A stretch of DNA of 63,236 nt, counting the filler, from Lenisia limosa (taxonomy: Eukaryota > Protista > Breviatea): assembly GCA_001655205.1 (NCBI GenBank). It is 12 parts of 12 records of this genome, joined end to end, with 100 filler letters (N's around TTAATTAATTAA, not from the genome) between each part and the next. Parts side by side here need not be neighbours in the genome. Positions count along the whole stretch, not along the records: positions 61,616 to 63,236 come from LPNZ01008002.1; 11 more parts are not named here. One strand, given 5' to 3'. The position numbers and the translations under genes were made by a program. Position 1 is the stretch's first letter, and each line of letters starts with the position of its first letter. Shown here in pieces: positions 63,111-63,236 of the stretch. The notes below the pieces were generated by a model. That model saw only the letters and a list, made by a program, of their open reading frames with translations, made no database searches and was not told the origin of the DNA.

Positions 63111-63236
63111 TACCTTTAGTCAATCATCTTTCCCTTTCAATTTCATTATATTAATTTTCACTACGACTTCCATACGGTCCCAAAAAAGACTGAATTTTTC
63201 GATAAATCCTCGAGAAATATCGATATTGTAACGGTC

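Overview
Fragment of an intron-rich eukaryotic (protist-like) draft genome. It is not one locus: 12 contigs are joined by an artificial 100-bp spacer (44 N + TTAATTAATTAA + 44 N), so adjacency across spacers carries no biological meaning. Recognisable genes are an RPRD1/Rtt103-like CID protein, NOC2, a secreted LamG-domain protein, the 5' end of PEX12, an ankyrin-repeat gene, UGGT (C-terminal part), EML/EMAP-like WD40 (C-terminal part), KTI12 and SMC6, plus unidentified fragments, a decayed DEAD-box helicase and a decayed intron-bearing pogo-type transposase. The standout is a minus-strand gene (9688-15855) in which an ExoIII/APE1-type AP endonuclease splices in frame, via GT-AG introns, into a family-1 uracil-DNA glycosylase, with the catalytic motifs of both enzymes retained. 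An exon upstream begins MVRTKQTARKST, a near-perfect histone H3 tail. Introns are full of short repeats: MITEs with hAT (8-bp TSD), Tc1/pogo (TA), PIF/Harbinger (TTA) and CACTA-like ends, two non-TIR repeats that lie mostly in the host gene's sense orientation, and G-tracts after donors paired with C-tracts before acceptors. Gene identities come from manual translation and motif recall, not from database searches. Coordinates of partial genes are approximate.
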